A stretch of DNA of 64,000 nucleotides. Source: Schmidtea nova (Eukaryota). A program made the position numbers and the translations under genes. A model generated the notes under the pieces. It ran no database searches. It was not told the origin of the DNA and saw nothing but the letters and a program-made list of their open reading frames with translations. Every line of letters starts with the position of its first letter. Position 1 is the first letter of the stretch. The stretch is taken from contig CM097883.1 of NCBI GenBank assembly GCA_044892505.1, forward strand, positions 185,566,001-185,630,000, in the 5' to 3' direction. Of the stretch, positions 23,795 through 38,150 are shown piece after piece.

Positions 23795-24679
23795 ACATAT
23801 GTTGTGTTTCAATGAATAACTTCAAAAGTGACAAAAAAATTGTACTTTATCAAAGGTAATGAGAACAAACATTTCAGTGATTACCATAAAAAATTGGAAA
23901 GAACATTGTATTTAGTCAATAACATTGAATTTTAAAACATGTAGTGCTTCAACGAATAACATCAAAAGCGAGAATGTGTTTTGTTTGTCAATAAATAACA
24001 TGAAAATCGAAAAGATATATGACATTTCAGTGAATAGCATCGAAAGTGAAAGTATATACAATATTTAAGTGAACAACGTCAAAATCGAGAATAACACAAA
24101 AAAATTTGAAATATATAACTATTGGAGTAATTAACATTAAAAGTAAAAATATGCGTCGATTGACAATGAGTAACATCAGGAAATGGAAAATACGCATCGT
24201 GTTACAATAAATATTACCCGCAAAAATTTTAGTCTAGAAGACAATGATTAACATCCAAAGCTATAGTGAAACGAAAAGACAATGAATAACATCAAATTTA
24301 ATATTGAAAGAGCAGACAAGAGAAAAGAAATACAGCTAATTTTCAAGGATTTATGTCAAAATCAATGAATAGAATGCATTTATTGCAAAGTATTGTGCAT
24401 TGACTGGTTATCGAGGAATACCGTTAATAGATAGTAAAGCATGAGTGAATAAAAGATGAGCGTTTACAATTATTAGGAAGTTTATAAAAAATATATTTGA
24501 ATAGAGAGATGAGAGAAAGAAAGTATAATTGAATAAAACGAAAGTGAAATCAGCCAAAAAGTTGAAAGAGAAAGGATAATAGTTAAAAATAACAGATGTA
24601 AATGGATAAAAAAGTTTATTTGCGAAAGAGATGAAAACTAAAAAAGATAGTTATGAATTAAGAGGCAGCTAAAAGACAA

Positions 24680-27250
24680 TCTAAGTTGGTGACAGAACGG
24701 ACGATGGGCAACAATCGAACCAAGCAAAAGTAAAAATAGAAGCACCAGAAGCAGTAAATAACCAGAGAAAATACACAAGCTTAAAACTTGTCAGGCGAGG
24801 ACTACGTATCCAAACGAAAAAAAGATCAAGATCAACAAGAACAAAACGAGCCCAATTTCGAGGTCGTAATTTGAAAGAAACCACGGAAAGAAAAGTCTAA
24901 AATGAAATAAACGAAAAACAAACTGAAAATAAAAACTATCAAAAACGGATGACATGTCTACTTAAATGATAAATTCAACGAGAAGGAAAGCAGATAAATC
25001 AGATTTAATAAATCGGGGAATCGGGAAAAGTAAATAACAGCAAACATTATAAATAAAGACGAATAGTAAAATTAAACAATATGAACGAAACCAAAAGTAA
25101 AACCAAGTACAAACATAATCAAAACGAAAGAGTTAAGATCAAACAAGCAGTAACAGAATCAAGAGATAGATTGACAGAGACGAAACAAAGTATAAATAGG
25201 AATTAACAACGATAAGATAAACCATAGTGAGTCACAAGATAACGGAATAAAGGCTGGATGGTAGTAAAATCAAAGTAAAAGATAGGTAAATTAAAAAGGG
25301 AAAATTAAGAACCAAACCATTGAACAGAACAAATAATTTTCAAATCTATTGTGTGTATGTTGCTTAGTTGGTTTAATGAAATTAAAACCAATTTTTGAGC
25401 TACCAAATAGTTAGCACGATATAATAATTGGGAAATTACCGACAATCTTCGATGAAGTATAAGAGGCTGGTTACCATCGCAAATGCTGGGAAATCCTTGC
25501 GTGTGACTGATCACCACATTATTCTGTAATGGACTAGTGCTATTGTCTCTCTTCTGGAGTTAGAAAGTGAGGGAAATCCCATATATAATATTAATTATAA
25601 AAGGTGCGCAGTAAAAAATAAATAATATAAAAAATACACTGTGAATAGTTAAATCATATCATCAAGAGAGAAAAGAATCCGTAAGCTTACAAGGAATAGA
25701 AATTAAACTAATACAACACTACAAGAATTTGAAACATATTAGAAACCAAAGGAGAATAGAGAACAGCACATCAAATCGATTCAGTAGTGTACTGCCGAAG
25801 ATCATGCCTCAGGAACAGGACAAACCGACTAAAGAACAAAAAACTCAGAACAATAGTAACCTAAAACGTCAAAAGAAGTTCAGAACGAAATTCCAACAGA
25901 AGTGGATCCAATACCCAAGTTAGATGAACAACTTGCTATAGCTCAAGCAAATTTACAAGAGAACAATTTGATGGAAATCACGAGGAGAAACCAAGTTAGT
26001 TACAACATTTTAGAGCATTTTCTAGCATCAGGATGAACGTCGGAAATAACGGTGCAAAGATTTTTATACTATTTCAAAGGTAACGCCCTAGATTGGTATA
26101 TCAGATTTAAATACGACAAATATCTACCAAAATATTTAAAGGAAATCGAGAAGGCATTATCGAAACCTATGGAACCAGGAAAGACGAACAATATGACTTA
26201 TACAAATTCTTAAACCAAAAGCAAAGAGTAAATAAAACTCACGCAACGTATGCAAGCATATAAGGAAGACTAGTTAAAACAGTATTTCGGGAAGGAAGCT
26301 GGGAACGACAACTGTTGATTCGATTCACGAAAGGCCTGTTACAAGGCGATATAAGACTGTAATACGTTGGAAGAGGCAGTTGAGGTAGTCAATATATGCG
26401 TAAGCCTTTTGAGATCTATGAAGCCAACAACAGAAGCCAGAAAAAAGCAATAAACCCCAATACTAACAATCAATGGCAACATATCATAACGGAAAATAAT
26501 ACCGATTATTTGGATAAAACCGACAATTAAAGCATCACAGACAGTCAACTAACAACTCCCAAAAATATGGATAGATATTGTGAAGCTTTTCGACGACTAG
26601 AACATGATCTAAACAGTTATTATCGACAACGCGAGTGTTGGAACTGCAACATTAACGGACACATCGCAACTGTATGTAAAGCCCAGAAGAAAAGCTTCAA
26701 ATTTACTCAATTGCTTCAAGGAAATACCGTAAACTCAAGAATAGAGCAATCTTTTTTTAAGAAGGCGATCTACCCTAATAAGTAAATCTCTGCTTTTGGA
26801 CCAGTCCAGCCACGATGGCACAGGCTATTTTTCAAGTGTATTATAATAACATCGGCCCACTAGTCATGGTCCGAGGACCAAAGACTTAGATATCAGGAAC
26901 ATCATTCAAATTCAGCCTTCAGGTCAGCATACAAGATCGGGGAATCATTGAGATTAGGGACATCATTTCGGAACATGTGTGGGTATCAATCAGTATAATT
27001 AGGTAATATTCAGGTAATTTGTAATTAAAGATCGAGTATTCAGTCAGTATTCTGGATCGGGAGATCATACATCACTTGAATTGGAAATCAGGTATTTAGT
27101 ATTCAGTGTTTAGTCATCAGTCATCAGGCCTCCAGGCAATCGGACATCCAATCAATAGGTCATCAAGGCGAAAAAAACATCAGATAATCAGGTATCATAT
27201 ACTCAGGACATCAGACAATCGGGTACCCATGTAATCAGGCAAATCTAGAG
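24680..27250 (+). mobile_element. Decayed LTR-retrotransposon 5' region and gag remnant
   Basis: PBS-like TGGTGACAGAA (~24686); YFKGNALDWY (~26070); CCHC knuckle CWNCNINGHIATVC at 26636-26677; stops throughout. Confidence 0.6.
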
Positions 27251-27289
27251 CATAGTGATGTTTTATTTATTGTTGAGTCATTTTTTAAG

Positions 27290-29800
27290 TCATTAGTAGG
27301 ATGTCGAGTGCTTCTTTTCTGGGTGGAACTAGGGTGAATCCTTTGCTGAGGAATTTGTGGCATTCTTAGCATCAATCATAATTTGTAGCATTTCTTTGTT
27401 TTGAATATTTAGTGTTTCTTGCAGTTCTTCTCTTTTTAGGCAATAAAATGGTACCAAAATCGGGGGTATAGGGATGGTGCTTTGATATTTTGTTTTATCT
27501 CTAATATCTTTTTTATGTTTTTGATATCGTATAGTATTTTAAGTATATTAATATGATGAAAGGATTCTTCTATGTTAGTTGTTTTGTATTTAATAGGAGG
27601 ATTATTTAATAAAATTTATTTCGAGAATTTTCTAGTATAATGGTTTGCTCATCATATATTCTTTTTTGTCCTTCATAAGATAATGTTCCTAGTTCATCAA
27701 TGTCAATTATATCATTTTTATACAGCACAGGGAACCATGTAAGTATTCCTTCACCAACATTTTGGAGTTAATGTAGGAAATCGTCTTTTGTACTTTCAAT
27801 TAGGTTATTTATGAAGTAGCGGTATTTTTCAATAATGGCAGCGGCTGCTTCTACTTGCAGGTCTATTATCTGGGTTCTTCTGTAATGTTTGGTATTTAGG
27901 AAAATTGACCAAAGAATTGGAAAGTGATGAATTGAGTATTTTATTGCTTCAACGGCTTTTCCAAGATGATAGCATTTGATGTCTCCGAATATATTAGTTT
28001 GACTAGGATCATAGTGATAGTCATCCTTTTCATCGTCCGAGTCTTCGTTAATTTCATCTGTGCTACTGATATCATTATCAATGCTATTGTTATCATCTTC
28101 AGTCTGTGTCTTTATTTGTTCTTTGATGAATGATGTTTGGTAAGGATTAGTTTTATAGGTAGGATTGATAGTATCAGAAGGATTTTTAATATCGGTGGGA
28201 GATATATCATCTGAGGGATTAATATCATCTGAGGGAGTAATAGCATCTGAGGGAGTAATAGCATCTGAGGCAGTAATAGCGTCTGAAGGAGTAATAGCAT
28301 CTAAAGGAGTAATAGCGTCTGAGGGAGTAATAGCATCTGAGGGAGTAATAGCATCTGAGGGAGTAATAGCATCTGAGGGAGTAATAGCATCTGAGGGAGT
28401 AATAGCATCTGAGGGAGTAATAGCGTCTGAGGGAGTAATAGCATCTGAGGCAGTAATATCATCTGGGGGAGTAATAGCATCTGAGGGAGTAATAGCGTCT
28501 GAGGGAGTAATAGCAACTGAGGCAGTAATATCATCTGAGGGAGTAATAGCGTCTGAGGGAGTAATAGCATCTAAGTGAGTAATAGCGTCTGAGGGAGTAA
28601 TAGCATCTGAGGCAGTAATATCATCTGAGGGACTAATAGCATCTGAGGCAGTAATATCATCTGATAGAGTAATAGCGTCTGAGGGAGTAATAGCATCTGA
28701 GGGAGTAATAGCGTCTGAAGGAGTAATAGCATCTGAGGCAGTAATATCATCTGAGGGAATAATAGCATCTGAGGGAGTAATAGCGTCTGAGGGAGTAATA
28801 GCGTCTAAGGGAGTAATAGCATCTGAGGGAGTAATAGCATCTGAATGATTAATAGCATCTGAGGGAGTAATAGCATCTGAGGGAGTAATAGCATTTGAGG
28901 GAGTAGTAGCATCTGAGGGAGTAATAGCATCTGAGGGAGTAATAGCATCTGAGGGAGTAGTAGCATCTGAGGAAGTAATAACATCTGAGGGAGTAATAGT
29001 ATCTGAGGGAGTAATAGCATCTGAGGGAGTAGTAGCATCTGAGGAAGTAATAACATCTGAGGGAGTAGTAGCATCTGAAGGAGTAATAGCATCTGAAGGA
29101 GTAATAGCATCTGAGGGAGTAATAGCATCGGAGGGAGTAATAGCATCTGAGGAGTAGTAGCATCTGAGGAAGTAATAATGCTAGTATCTGAAATTTTATC
29201 TTCTGAAATGTTATCACAGGGAATTATTGTAGGGTGGATTATTGGTTGGAGTATTTTATCTCTTTTGTTGTTATTGTATTTATCATCGACTTCGTTTTTA
29301 TTTTTATTTTGTTCTTGGTAGTTTTTCGCTGCTAATACATTATTTGTTTCTTGAGTTAATTTTTCATTAAGGTTGTAATTCGTATTGTTTAAATTGGTGA
29401 TTTTTCTTTTGCATTGGGGTTTTTTTCATTATTGGTGTGTTCATTTTTCTTATTGACATTGTTGTTCTTGGTATGGATTTAAATCTATTTAGTATTGGGT
29501 TTTGTTTCACATTTTTCTGTTTGATGTCACTATTCTTTTCCGTTAACGTAATTTTGTGGTCGTCCACTTTTTTCTTGTCTTTTTCGATCTTGATATGAAC
29601 TGTTGGAACATTTTTTGTTAATTAATGTATATCGGAAATATTGGAGTAAATATATCATTTTTACACAGCCCAGAGAACCATGTAAGTATTTCTTCACCAA
29701 CATTTTGGTATTTATGTAGGAAATCTACTCTTGTATTTTTCTCCTCTGTATTTTTTTGGTAATCTTTGAAAACTGTTAAAATCACAGATTTATTTAGCAA
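27290..29800 (-). pseudogene. Large decayed accessory ORF of a retroelement with (SDAITP)n repeat and a duplicated ~30-aa domain
   Basis: Stop-free, ATG-less frame 29180->27771 (~470 codons). DFLH-x-x-QNVGE.ILTWF..L.KNDI occurs at ~29640-29740 and ~27700-27790. Confidence 0.6.
28205..29178. repeat. 18-bp minisatellite (GAGGGAGTAATAGCATCT), ~54 units
   Basis: Directly visible tandem array. Confidence 0.97.
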
Positions 29801-30282
29801 CGGAAACTAGTAAATTTTCACTATTCATTATAAGTTCTCTTTATTCTGATTTCATAAATTACTTTGATTCAACTTCAATAAATTATTTTCCTAAATCATA
29901 CAAAATCTAAATTTCAAAATTATTATTACAATAAATATTTTACCTTTTCGCAATTAACTTTAGCAATTTCACTTTATCACTAATTGTTTTCAATACTTTC
30001 TTTTTATGAACTCTCATCAACTTTGATCAAGTCAGGCTCATTTATATACATTGAGTTTTTGGGTTATTGGTGAAATTTGAAATTGAATTTTTTAAATATA
30101 ATTTTTAAAATAATTTTCTCTCCTATACAATTTGTCTCTTAAATCTTTTCCCAATCTAGATTTCTGGCTGAACTACCGTGGTTTTCCCTTTGATAGCTTT
30201 TCGTTTTCTGTTTCTAGAGATAAATTTTGTTTTTCCCGTTTTTGTCTCCAGAATACTTCATATTTTTTTCCTATCTCACACA

Positions 30283-30777
30283 TTATCTCTGACATCTGTC
30301 AAGATACGCTGTTTCTACTCTTTTTGTTATTCCGCTCTTTTTTATATTTTCCTGATATCTCTGACAGGCTGTCAAAATATAATTATGGAATTTTTTGAAG
30401 TTTTGAAAATGGTAAATTTCATCATGTGTTACTAAGAGTTCTCTGTCAAAAGTCGAATATCTCAATTAATGTGACTTTAGTTTTTTTGAAAAGAATCCTA
30501 ATGGTTGTTTTCCAAATGGATTGTCCTTATTAATTGTTGCGCCCATTGCGAAACCTGAACAATCTGTTGTTAATTGGTATTCTAATTCTGGTTTTGGATA
30601 TCCGAGTAACGTTGCTTGGCTTTCTTTAGCAATTTCGAATACTTCGCTTGTTTGGTATGTCCAATTTATTTTGACATTTCGTTTTGTTTTAATAATCTCA
30701 TTTAGTGAGGCCAATAATCTGCCAATAATTTTGTGTGATGATGCTGATGATGAAACAGATGAAAGTACCGAAACCAA
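30283..30777 (-). mobile_element. Gypsy RT-connection/RNase H remnant
   Basis: EYQLTTDCSGFAMGATI...PLGFFSKKL...RYSTFDRELL. Confidence 0.85.
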
Positions 30778-33479
30778 TATGTTACCGAAGAATTTGCAGA
30801 TGATTTTATTTAATAAAAATTTATTTTTAAATTTTGTGTTTTTATGTTTTTTGTCAGAGGAGAGGGATTTTTCATGTCTCTAGTTTTTATGACTTTTTAT
30901 TTGTATTTCAATTCTTAGTAGGTTGGTATTATGAACGTTATTTTTAATCTTATATGTTATATATTATATATATTTTAATGTTTATGTTGCGAATGCGTGT
31001 TTACAGAAAAATGGAAGAACTCGAAAGAGTCTTGCAATATTGTTGTGCAGACACTCGGGGTGTTTGCTGTGTATTGCACAAAGTTACAATAAACCCAAAA
31101 ATAAAAAATAATTTACGAACAAACAAATTCCACTAACAAACTATATTTAGTAAAAAACAATTTCACTCACGTAATCAGTTGATCGTTTCTCGATTTGGGA
31201 CTTTGGACTCTTGGGGTACTCTTTTAATCGGTTATTCGTTTCTGGATTTATGACTTTGGATTCTTGGAGTACTCTTTTAATCAGTTAATTGTTTCTGGGT
31301 TTGTGACTTTGACTTTGGATTCGTTGAATGGTATATTAGACTTTCCACATAATTCGACTAATTCGCGTTGGGAAATTGAATTTAAGATATCTTTCTTTAT
31401 AGTAATTTTTATATTTATAAAATCAATCGATTTTCTTAGTTTTTTTACTTAGCAATTTTTATAGTAAACTCGTTTACTATAGAAATTGCTTAATCGAATT
31501 TTAATTCGTTTTTTAAATTATTATTATTATTATTTCATTTAAAAAAAGTTTTTTTTTTATTTTGATAACTTCAGTTTCTTGGGATAAGTTTCTGTAGGAT
31601 ACTCGACATAAATTTGTGAAATTATGGAAAAACCAAAATTTGAATAATATAAAGGGGGGAATCCAAACTTTCCATACATAATTCTGATAAAAAAACGCCT
31701 AATATAAAACAGATCACCATACCCAAATGTTGGGTTCACCACAGTTGGCATTAAAGATTTTTAATTTTTAGTAATTTTTAAGTTTTGTAAATTGTGAGAG
31801 TTGACCCTTTTTACGTGGGAATCTTTGTCTTGGGAGAGTGATTTTTCATGTTGTTAGTTTTTTATGTATTCTTGTTCGAAATTCAATTCTTAATAGTTTA
31901 TTATTAATTATGAGTCAATTTTAATATTTGGAAATTGTAAGTCGACCCTTTTATGTGGGAATATGTTTGCAGAGAACTGACTTTTAAAATTCTCCTTTTT
32001 CCTAAATTTATTGAAAATTTTATTCAAAAAAAAACAATTAATTATTAATTATTATTAATTATTATTACATGTTCAAAAATTTTTAGAAACGCGAACAGAA
32101 TTTTCTTAGATTATTTATTTGTGCGTTATTATAATGCATTAATTACTATAAAAATGCAAATAAAATTTAGTTCTAGTAAATTAATTAAACAAAATATTTT
32201 CTTTCTTGTTTCAATAACTTAAGCTTAAGTTCATAACAAAAATAACAAAATAATAAATTTCAGTAACAAAAACCTAAAAAATAATGATCTTAATACAAAG
32301 AATTACGATGAAATAACTATATAAATAAATAATCTTTTTCTGCTGAGTGAATGTTTTATTAAATCTTCATTACTTGAAAGATTATTATAAAACTCTTCAT
32401 AGCTAATGGAAAAATTATATTGAACTTGCAATATTCCAATATTGTGAAAATGTTAAAAGATTTAAAAAGATTTAATTGCGAAAATATTAAACGCAATACA
32501 TGTCTAATGTGGACACTTTCCGGGACAGTTTTCAGAAAGGGACAAACAATTCAAATCCGGGACAGTTCCGCATAATCCGGGCATCTGGTCACTTTACTGT
32601 AGCTCTATTTTTAGCAGTTAAACCATAACATAATTATTAAAAATGTAATATATCTTATTTTTTTGGCTGTGCGTTTTGTTTTTAAAAAAGTTTGAAACAT
32701 AATGAATAAAATAATAAATATTTGACTTGAAAAAATATTTAAAAAGAAAAACTGGGTACTTAACTGTAAAAAATTCCAGTTTTGGAATCTCGACATGAAT
32801 GTCATAAGAAATACCAATAATTTACATATTTAAAAACTAACGTAATAATGCATTAACTATGTTACCTTTAACTTTTTTTAAAAATACTTTTGTTCATGAT
32901 TTTCTTTGATCACTTTCGTCAAAAGGTACCCCATAATTAAAATGCATAATTTAATGTCAAATCTTAAAATAAATCTAATGAGTCACGACTGTTTAATGAT
33001 CAGATCAACTCTGCAGCATAGTTTGAAGTCAATTATTGTGTATTTGTAAATAAACGCCACCCACGCCCTGATAGTTAGCCAAAACACTTACGGTAAACAA
33101 AACCTATCTTACAAACATTTTACAAAAAAGTCATTCACTAATAATAACTAAAATTATGAAATGTTGCTACAGTGATCCTTACTATCAGAAATTTGACTTT
33201 GTCATTAATTTTTGACACTTAAATATGTATGATTTAAGAAATATGCTTTTCATACTATCTTTTTAAGGAAAGTCTATTTGACAATAAAGAAATGACACGA
33301 ATTGCAAAACAAAAAAAAAGTTAATAAGTTTTTTGAAGAGCTTTGCGTTTAAAAAATCAAGTTTTCTTGAAATGAAAATGATATGTGAAATAAAGAAGTG
33401 ACTGTCAGAATGACCAATATTATCTGCTGAATGTGATAGATGATTTCATTTCCCAGACATTATTTATACAAGGAGTAGA

Positions 33480-34000
33480 AATAGACTTAGAATTACTCTA
33501 GATGAAAGTTTTTCCTTTTAATTATCGTCATATATAAACTCTAGCTACTGAAAGGGTGATTGTTGGCAACAGACCCGAAACATTAATTTCTAGTCAAAGG
33601 TTTTATTAAAGATAAAAAAATTAGAAAAAATAAAGTTTATGAAGATTTTCCTGTGATTTCAGAAGTTTAAAGCCAGGATATGACTACCACTACTTTCATA
33701 GATTCCATAGAAATATCTAGCTAAAAATATTTGTTTATATACTTGTTCTGGCATTCATCGTCATGAAAAAGAAGGTTTGTTAAAGATCTGCAAGTGAAAC
33801 TGAAATAATATAAAATTATCTCTGATAAAAAATGAATACTACTATTAACATTTGTTGTGATTTGGAAAAAATCGAATACTTGGAATTTTTTTAGAAAAAT
33901 GTCAAAAGGTCTGCCTCAAATTTATTACATTGAGCTAAATAAGTATTAGACTTTTATGCCTAAACTAATCTAGATAGATTCTATACTCAATCATAAACAG
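33480..34000 (-). mobile_element. Highly decayed hAT transposase remnant; a hAT-like terminus lies at ~32505-32595
   Basis: LLPTITLSVARVYMTIIKGKTFI resembles the hAT dimerisation motif; CCGGGAC repeats ending CTGGTCAC resemble Tip100-type ends. Confidence 0.3.
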
Positions 34001-34799
34001 GGGGCCTTGTATTATTAAAAAAATATATATTTTTTAGTTTACCGTAAAGTTTTGTTGTGCAAATCATATGTTTATTTTCGTTTATAAAAATCCGGTGCTT
34101 TTAAATTGAAATCTAACAATGTTTTTTGTGCTGGAACTTTTGATTCAAACTTTTTCATGAACCGTCCAAAAATTGCATTTTGACTCAGAAGTTGGTAGGT
34201 GGTGAACATATTAAATCACTTATGTTCAAGATTTAATAATTTTTCGGAATATCTTTTTTATAATTTTTTTACAATAAAAAATAAAAAAATTAATTAATTA
34301 ATATTTTAAAACGTTTATTTTTTACATTTTTTTAGGAATATTAAGTTCTTGCAATAAACTATTCTAATTATAATAAAGAGATTTTATGAGAAAATTTATA
34401 ATTCCAGCTTATTAAATTAAATGAACGGAACAATGAAATAATTCTGCTATTAATAATTTGCGGGGGAAAAAAGAAATTAAAAAATCGATTTTCAAATAAA
34501 TCAATCAATTTGACAGTAATATAAATGTGATTTGTTTTATTGATTTTTTAGTGCGACCGGTGAAATTCCTTTTTACAAGGAAAGTACGGTAGGAACTTTA
34601 TTGTATTTAAAGTAAGCAAAATGATTTTTTTTAATAATCAAACATATTACAAGTGGAAATGTAATTAAAAAATAAAAAAGTAAATAATTGAATAAAAGTT
34701 TCAATTGAAACTTTGAAATTCCAGTAAAAAATATTAAAGAAACATATAAATATTATAATTAAAATTTTTAATGTTATATTTGATACGAATACTAATGGC

Positions 34800-35402
34800 C
34801 AGGGCCGTAACAAGGGTGGTGCGAGCGGTGCAGTCGCACAGGGCGCACACCTGAAAGGGGCGCAAAATTGGGATGTAAAATTTTTTTAATGTTACCGAAA
34901 AATAAAAAAATGGCATGCCCGTAAAAAACGACACCCTAACTAGCCTATTTTTAACATTACTGGTTGGACTGGTCTATTAGCGTGCCTTCGTAGGTGTGTC
35001 AATTGAAATTTATTTTGCAAATTCTTTGAACTATGACAACATTATTGACTATTTTGCATCATCAAAAGCTCGCAAAGTTTATATTAAATAGGTTTGAATA
35101 AGCTGGTTATATAATATTATTTAAACAATCTTACAACTCCATTACTATACCAGCTAGCTGATGATAAAAATAAGTTTCATTTTGTAAAATTTTAGTCCAA
35201 AAAATTGGTTCTTGTCATTTTTTTAATTAGCAACAGAATTTTAAGAGCCTTACTACCTATTACAGTAGCTGGAGATGAATACATAGTTAACAATCTTAAC
35301 ATGAACATTATAATTATTATAGTAGGCTATTTTGAATTCGCGTGATGGGGGCGCCAGATATGTGAACCGTACAGGGCGCAATAATGTCTTGTTACGGCCC
35401 TG
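34800..35402 (+). mobile_element. Non-autonomous hAT element
   Basis: 15-bp TIR CAGGGCCGTAACAAG; 8-bp TSD CTAATGGC; retains transposase tail LNYDNIIDYFASSKARKV (~35025-35080). Confidence 0.92.
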
Positions 35403-35670
35403 CTAATGGCGCATGCGTTTCAAGCTTGTTTGACTCTCATTAGTAACATGTTAGAAACTCTTTTTCACTTGGAATTGAAGCCAATTATTTTCTGATAAAA
35501 TCCCGCTATTGAACCACTCTGCCTCGAGTACGCCTCAAATAAATAGTTAATTAGAAGATGTTTTCTATTTATTTATTTACTGCAATCGAATGCTTTTAAA
35601 AACTTTAACTGAATTTACATTTATTTTACTATTAAAGATTGTTATAATTTTCTCATACAACTTGTTTAAA

Positions 35671-36672
35671 CCCTTTCAAGGCAGCCGGTTATCTGAGAAG
35701 ATCACCCATTCACAATTTGTTTATATCTTCCTACTGGTTTTCTCAACTAGCCAGGACGTTAAATGTGTTGTCTATATCAGGGCTTCTTAAACTTTTTTCA
35801 TTCACGACCCCATCTATGACTGTAGATTTTTTGGTGACCCCATATAATTATAAAATAAAGATATATAAATATTTTATGATGATTTATTGATTAGTTTTAG
35901 AATTTGTTTAGAAACATATAAAAATATAAAATTAAAAATTGAACAAAAAGTTGTTAAATTGTATTTATTATAGTTACAAAGAATATATGCTGTTTTTCAT
36001 CAAAATTTCAGTTTTGGTAATAAAACATTTAATTTTTATTTTAAATTCGTGTATTTAAATATTTTACATTTAAATCTCGTGACCCCAGGATTTTGATAAG
36101 CGACCCCGTTTGGGGTCAGCACCCATAGTTTAAGAAACCCTGGTCTATATGTTACTTTTAATGCATTCTATGCGTTTCGTGTAATATTTTTATTGAGAGC
36201 TAGTTTAGGTTAATGTAAACACATGTGCTCTTGCATAGTTGTAATCACTGCCAGATAAAAGATATACAAAGGTGTGATTGTGAATTTATAGGACGCAATT
36301 GCCAGTAATTCAACTCTATTTGTATTATTTCACCATCTGAATAAGTATTTCACATAATATTTGTTTCATTATATTAGTTTGTATGTTTTATTGGTTTATA
36401 TTAAACCAGTTATTATGCCCTATTCATTAATTTTCACAAAAAAAAATAATTCAGCCTTGTACCAGCGAATTTCAATTAATTACTAATTGTGTTTGTATAT
36501 GTGCTGTGCTCGGAATTGCCACGTAAGCTATTTATAATTTTATTTTACTTATTTAGTGTGCAGCAATAGTTTTTATGAGTTTTTTATTTACCGTCAAACT
36601 AAATTAGCAATAAATATTTTTTGCTATAAATACTACATGAATTATTAAAATAAAAAAATCGTATTGAAAGGG
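35671..36672. mobile_element. Possible piggyBac-like non-autonomous element hosting a nested MITE
   Basis: CCCTTTCAA...TTGAAAGGG ends; TTAA on the right, TTAAA on the left. Confidence 0.4.
35778..36142. mobile_element. hAT-Charlie-type MITE
   Basis: TIR CAGGGCTTCTTAAAC / GTTTAAGAAACCCTG; 8-bp TSD GTCTATAT. Confidence 0.92.
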
Positions 36673-37975
36673 TTAAGATATCAAATGTATTTATATTAAT
36701 TTGATCAAAGGTCTATGAAAGTATGAAATTCGATGTCACCTGGAGATGGAGTGACCAGAATATGTGATCTGATGATGGAGTCACTGTGTTCGATCCCGGG
36801 TTGGATTTTGATTTTTGCAAATTATATGTCTACTATCAAAAACCTTAAATTTTCTGACTTCTAGTAACAAGCAATTATTCTCAATTTGCAGCAATTTTCT
36901 CAGAAAATGATGTCAATTTAACATAAATAAAAATGAAAAATTAAGAAATTAAGAAATTATTAAATCCGAACTAAAATTATGAAGAAAATGGTATTATAGA
37001 AAGATTACGAAATTTACGTTCTGCCTTTATCTGTATAATTAGTTTTAAATTTTTAGAGTTTGTTTTCAAAGTCAATAATATCAGTTTAAAAAATTTTAAT
37101 TAATTTTTTTATTTATTAAATGATAATTAAAAGCTTTTGAACTAGCTTTAATAAAGTACTAATCTAATTTATAAGTGTAAAAGAATGTTTCGAAAACTAA
37201 AGACGAAGTCAGAGATTTATTAATTGTGTAACAAATATGCGCAATGCGTTCGAATCTCCAGATATTAGGGACTAATTAAAAATTATTTTGTAATTAAAAT
37301 AAAAATCTAATGATATATAACAGTTGGTAAGAAATACAGTCTTTATTTGGAAATAGTTTTGTAGAACTTCAAAAATATAAAAACGGCTATTATTTTTGTA
37401 TTAATCTAATATTTACATTTTGTATATTTTATCTAATTTACTTATAAATTGTAATAAAAAAATAATAGTTCTTATTATCATTTATGTTTTTTAATTTTTT
37501 TTACCTCTTTTTTCTATTTCAAAGATTTTAATTATTTTACAGACTATAAATCAAAATTATTTTTTTTTAACATACTAATTTTGCACGCTTGAAACCGGCT
37601 GTGCCGAAAATTCATTTGCTAACAAAAAACAATTTTGATCTTTATTTTTTATAAAGAAAAATTATTTTATAAAATAAAATTTTTAGCTACTGAAATAAAA
37701 CACAATAAAGCTAAAAAATAAGTAAACATTTATTCAAATTCCAATGTCGTTGTTGCTTCGAATTATTGATTTTTTATTGTTGTTTTCTGGAAACTGATTA
37801 TCTATTATTGTGCTTCGAAATTGCTGATTTTTTGATTGTTGTTATCTTGCTTGATTCTTCGTTTTTGAAAAAGTGAAATGTTGTTTCGAATTATTGATTT
37901 TTGATTGTTGTTTTCTTGATTGCTTGGTTTTTTTGAAAGGGAAAAAGATGACGTTTTTGGTGATTTAAACAATCG

Positions 37976-38058
<83 letters not shown>

Positions 38059-38062
<4 letters not shown>

Positions 38063-38150
38063 CAATAATTCTCATAATGACTATAGATCAAAAATTTTTT
38101 TTATAAACAATAACACAATATTTCGGCACAGCCTTTATCAAGTGTGTATT
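38059..38150. mobile_element. Single arm of the fold-back MITE family (further diverged copies ~41858-42010, ~56000-56135, ~58040-58215)
   Basis: Matches the arm at 2165-2257. Confidence 0.7.

Larger units (their letters stand above)
22540..24400 (+). repeat. Degenerate 39-bp tandem array (13-aa unit ISVNNINNVKICY), split by the element at 23201-23794
   Basis: Successive 39-bp units ATTTCAGTGAATAACATCAATAACGTCAAAATATGTTAT; open frames at 22551-22862 and 22979-23218. Confidence 0.8.

Noticed and set aside
22540-29178. CRISPR-like interpretation of the 39-bp and 18-bp arrays
   Set aside because: Head-to-tail repeats without unique spacers, in a eukaryotic context with no cas genes.
28112-29217. 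MLLLPQ, RCYYSL and EGVIAS repeat ORFs
   Set aside because: Alternative frames of the 18-bp array; only the SDAITP frame is continuous with non-repeat coding sequence.
36718-36800. tRNA/SINE-like fragment with GTTCGATCCC B-box
   Set aside because: No cloverleaf or A-box could be built.
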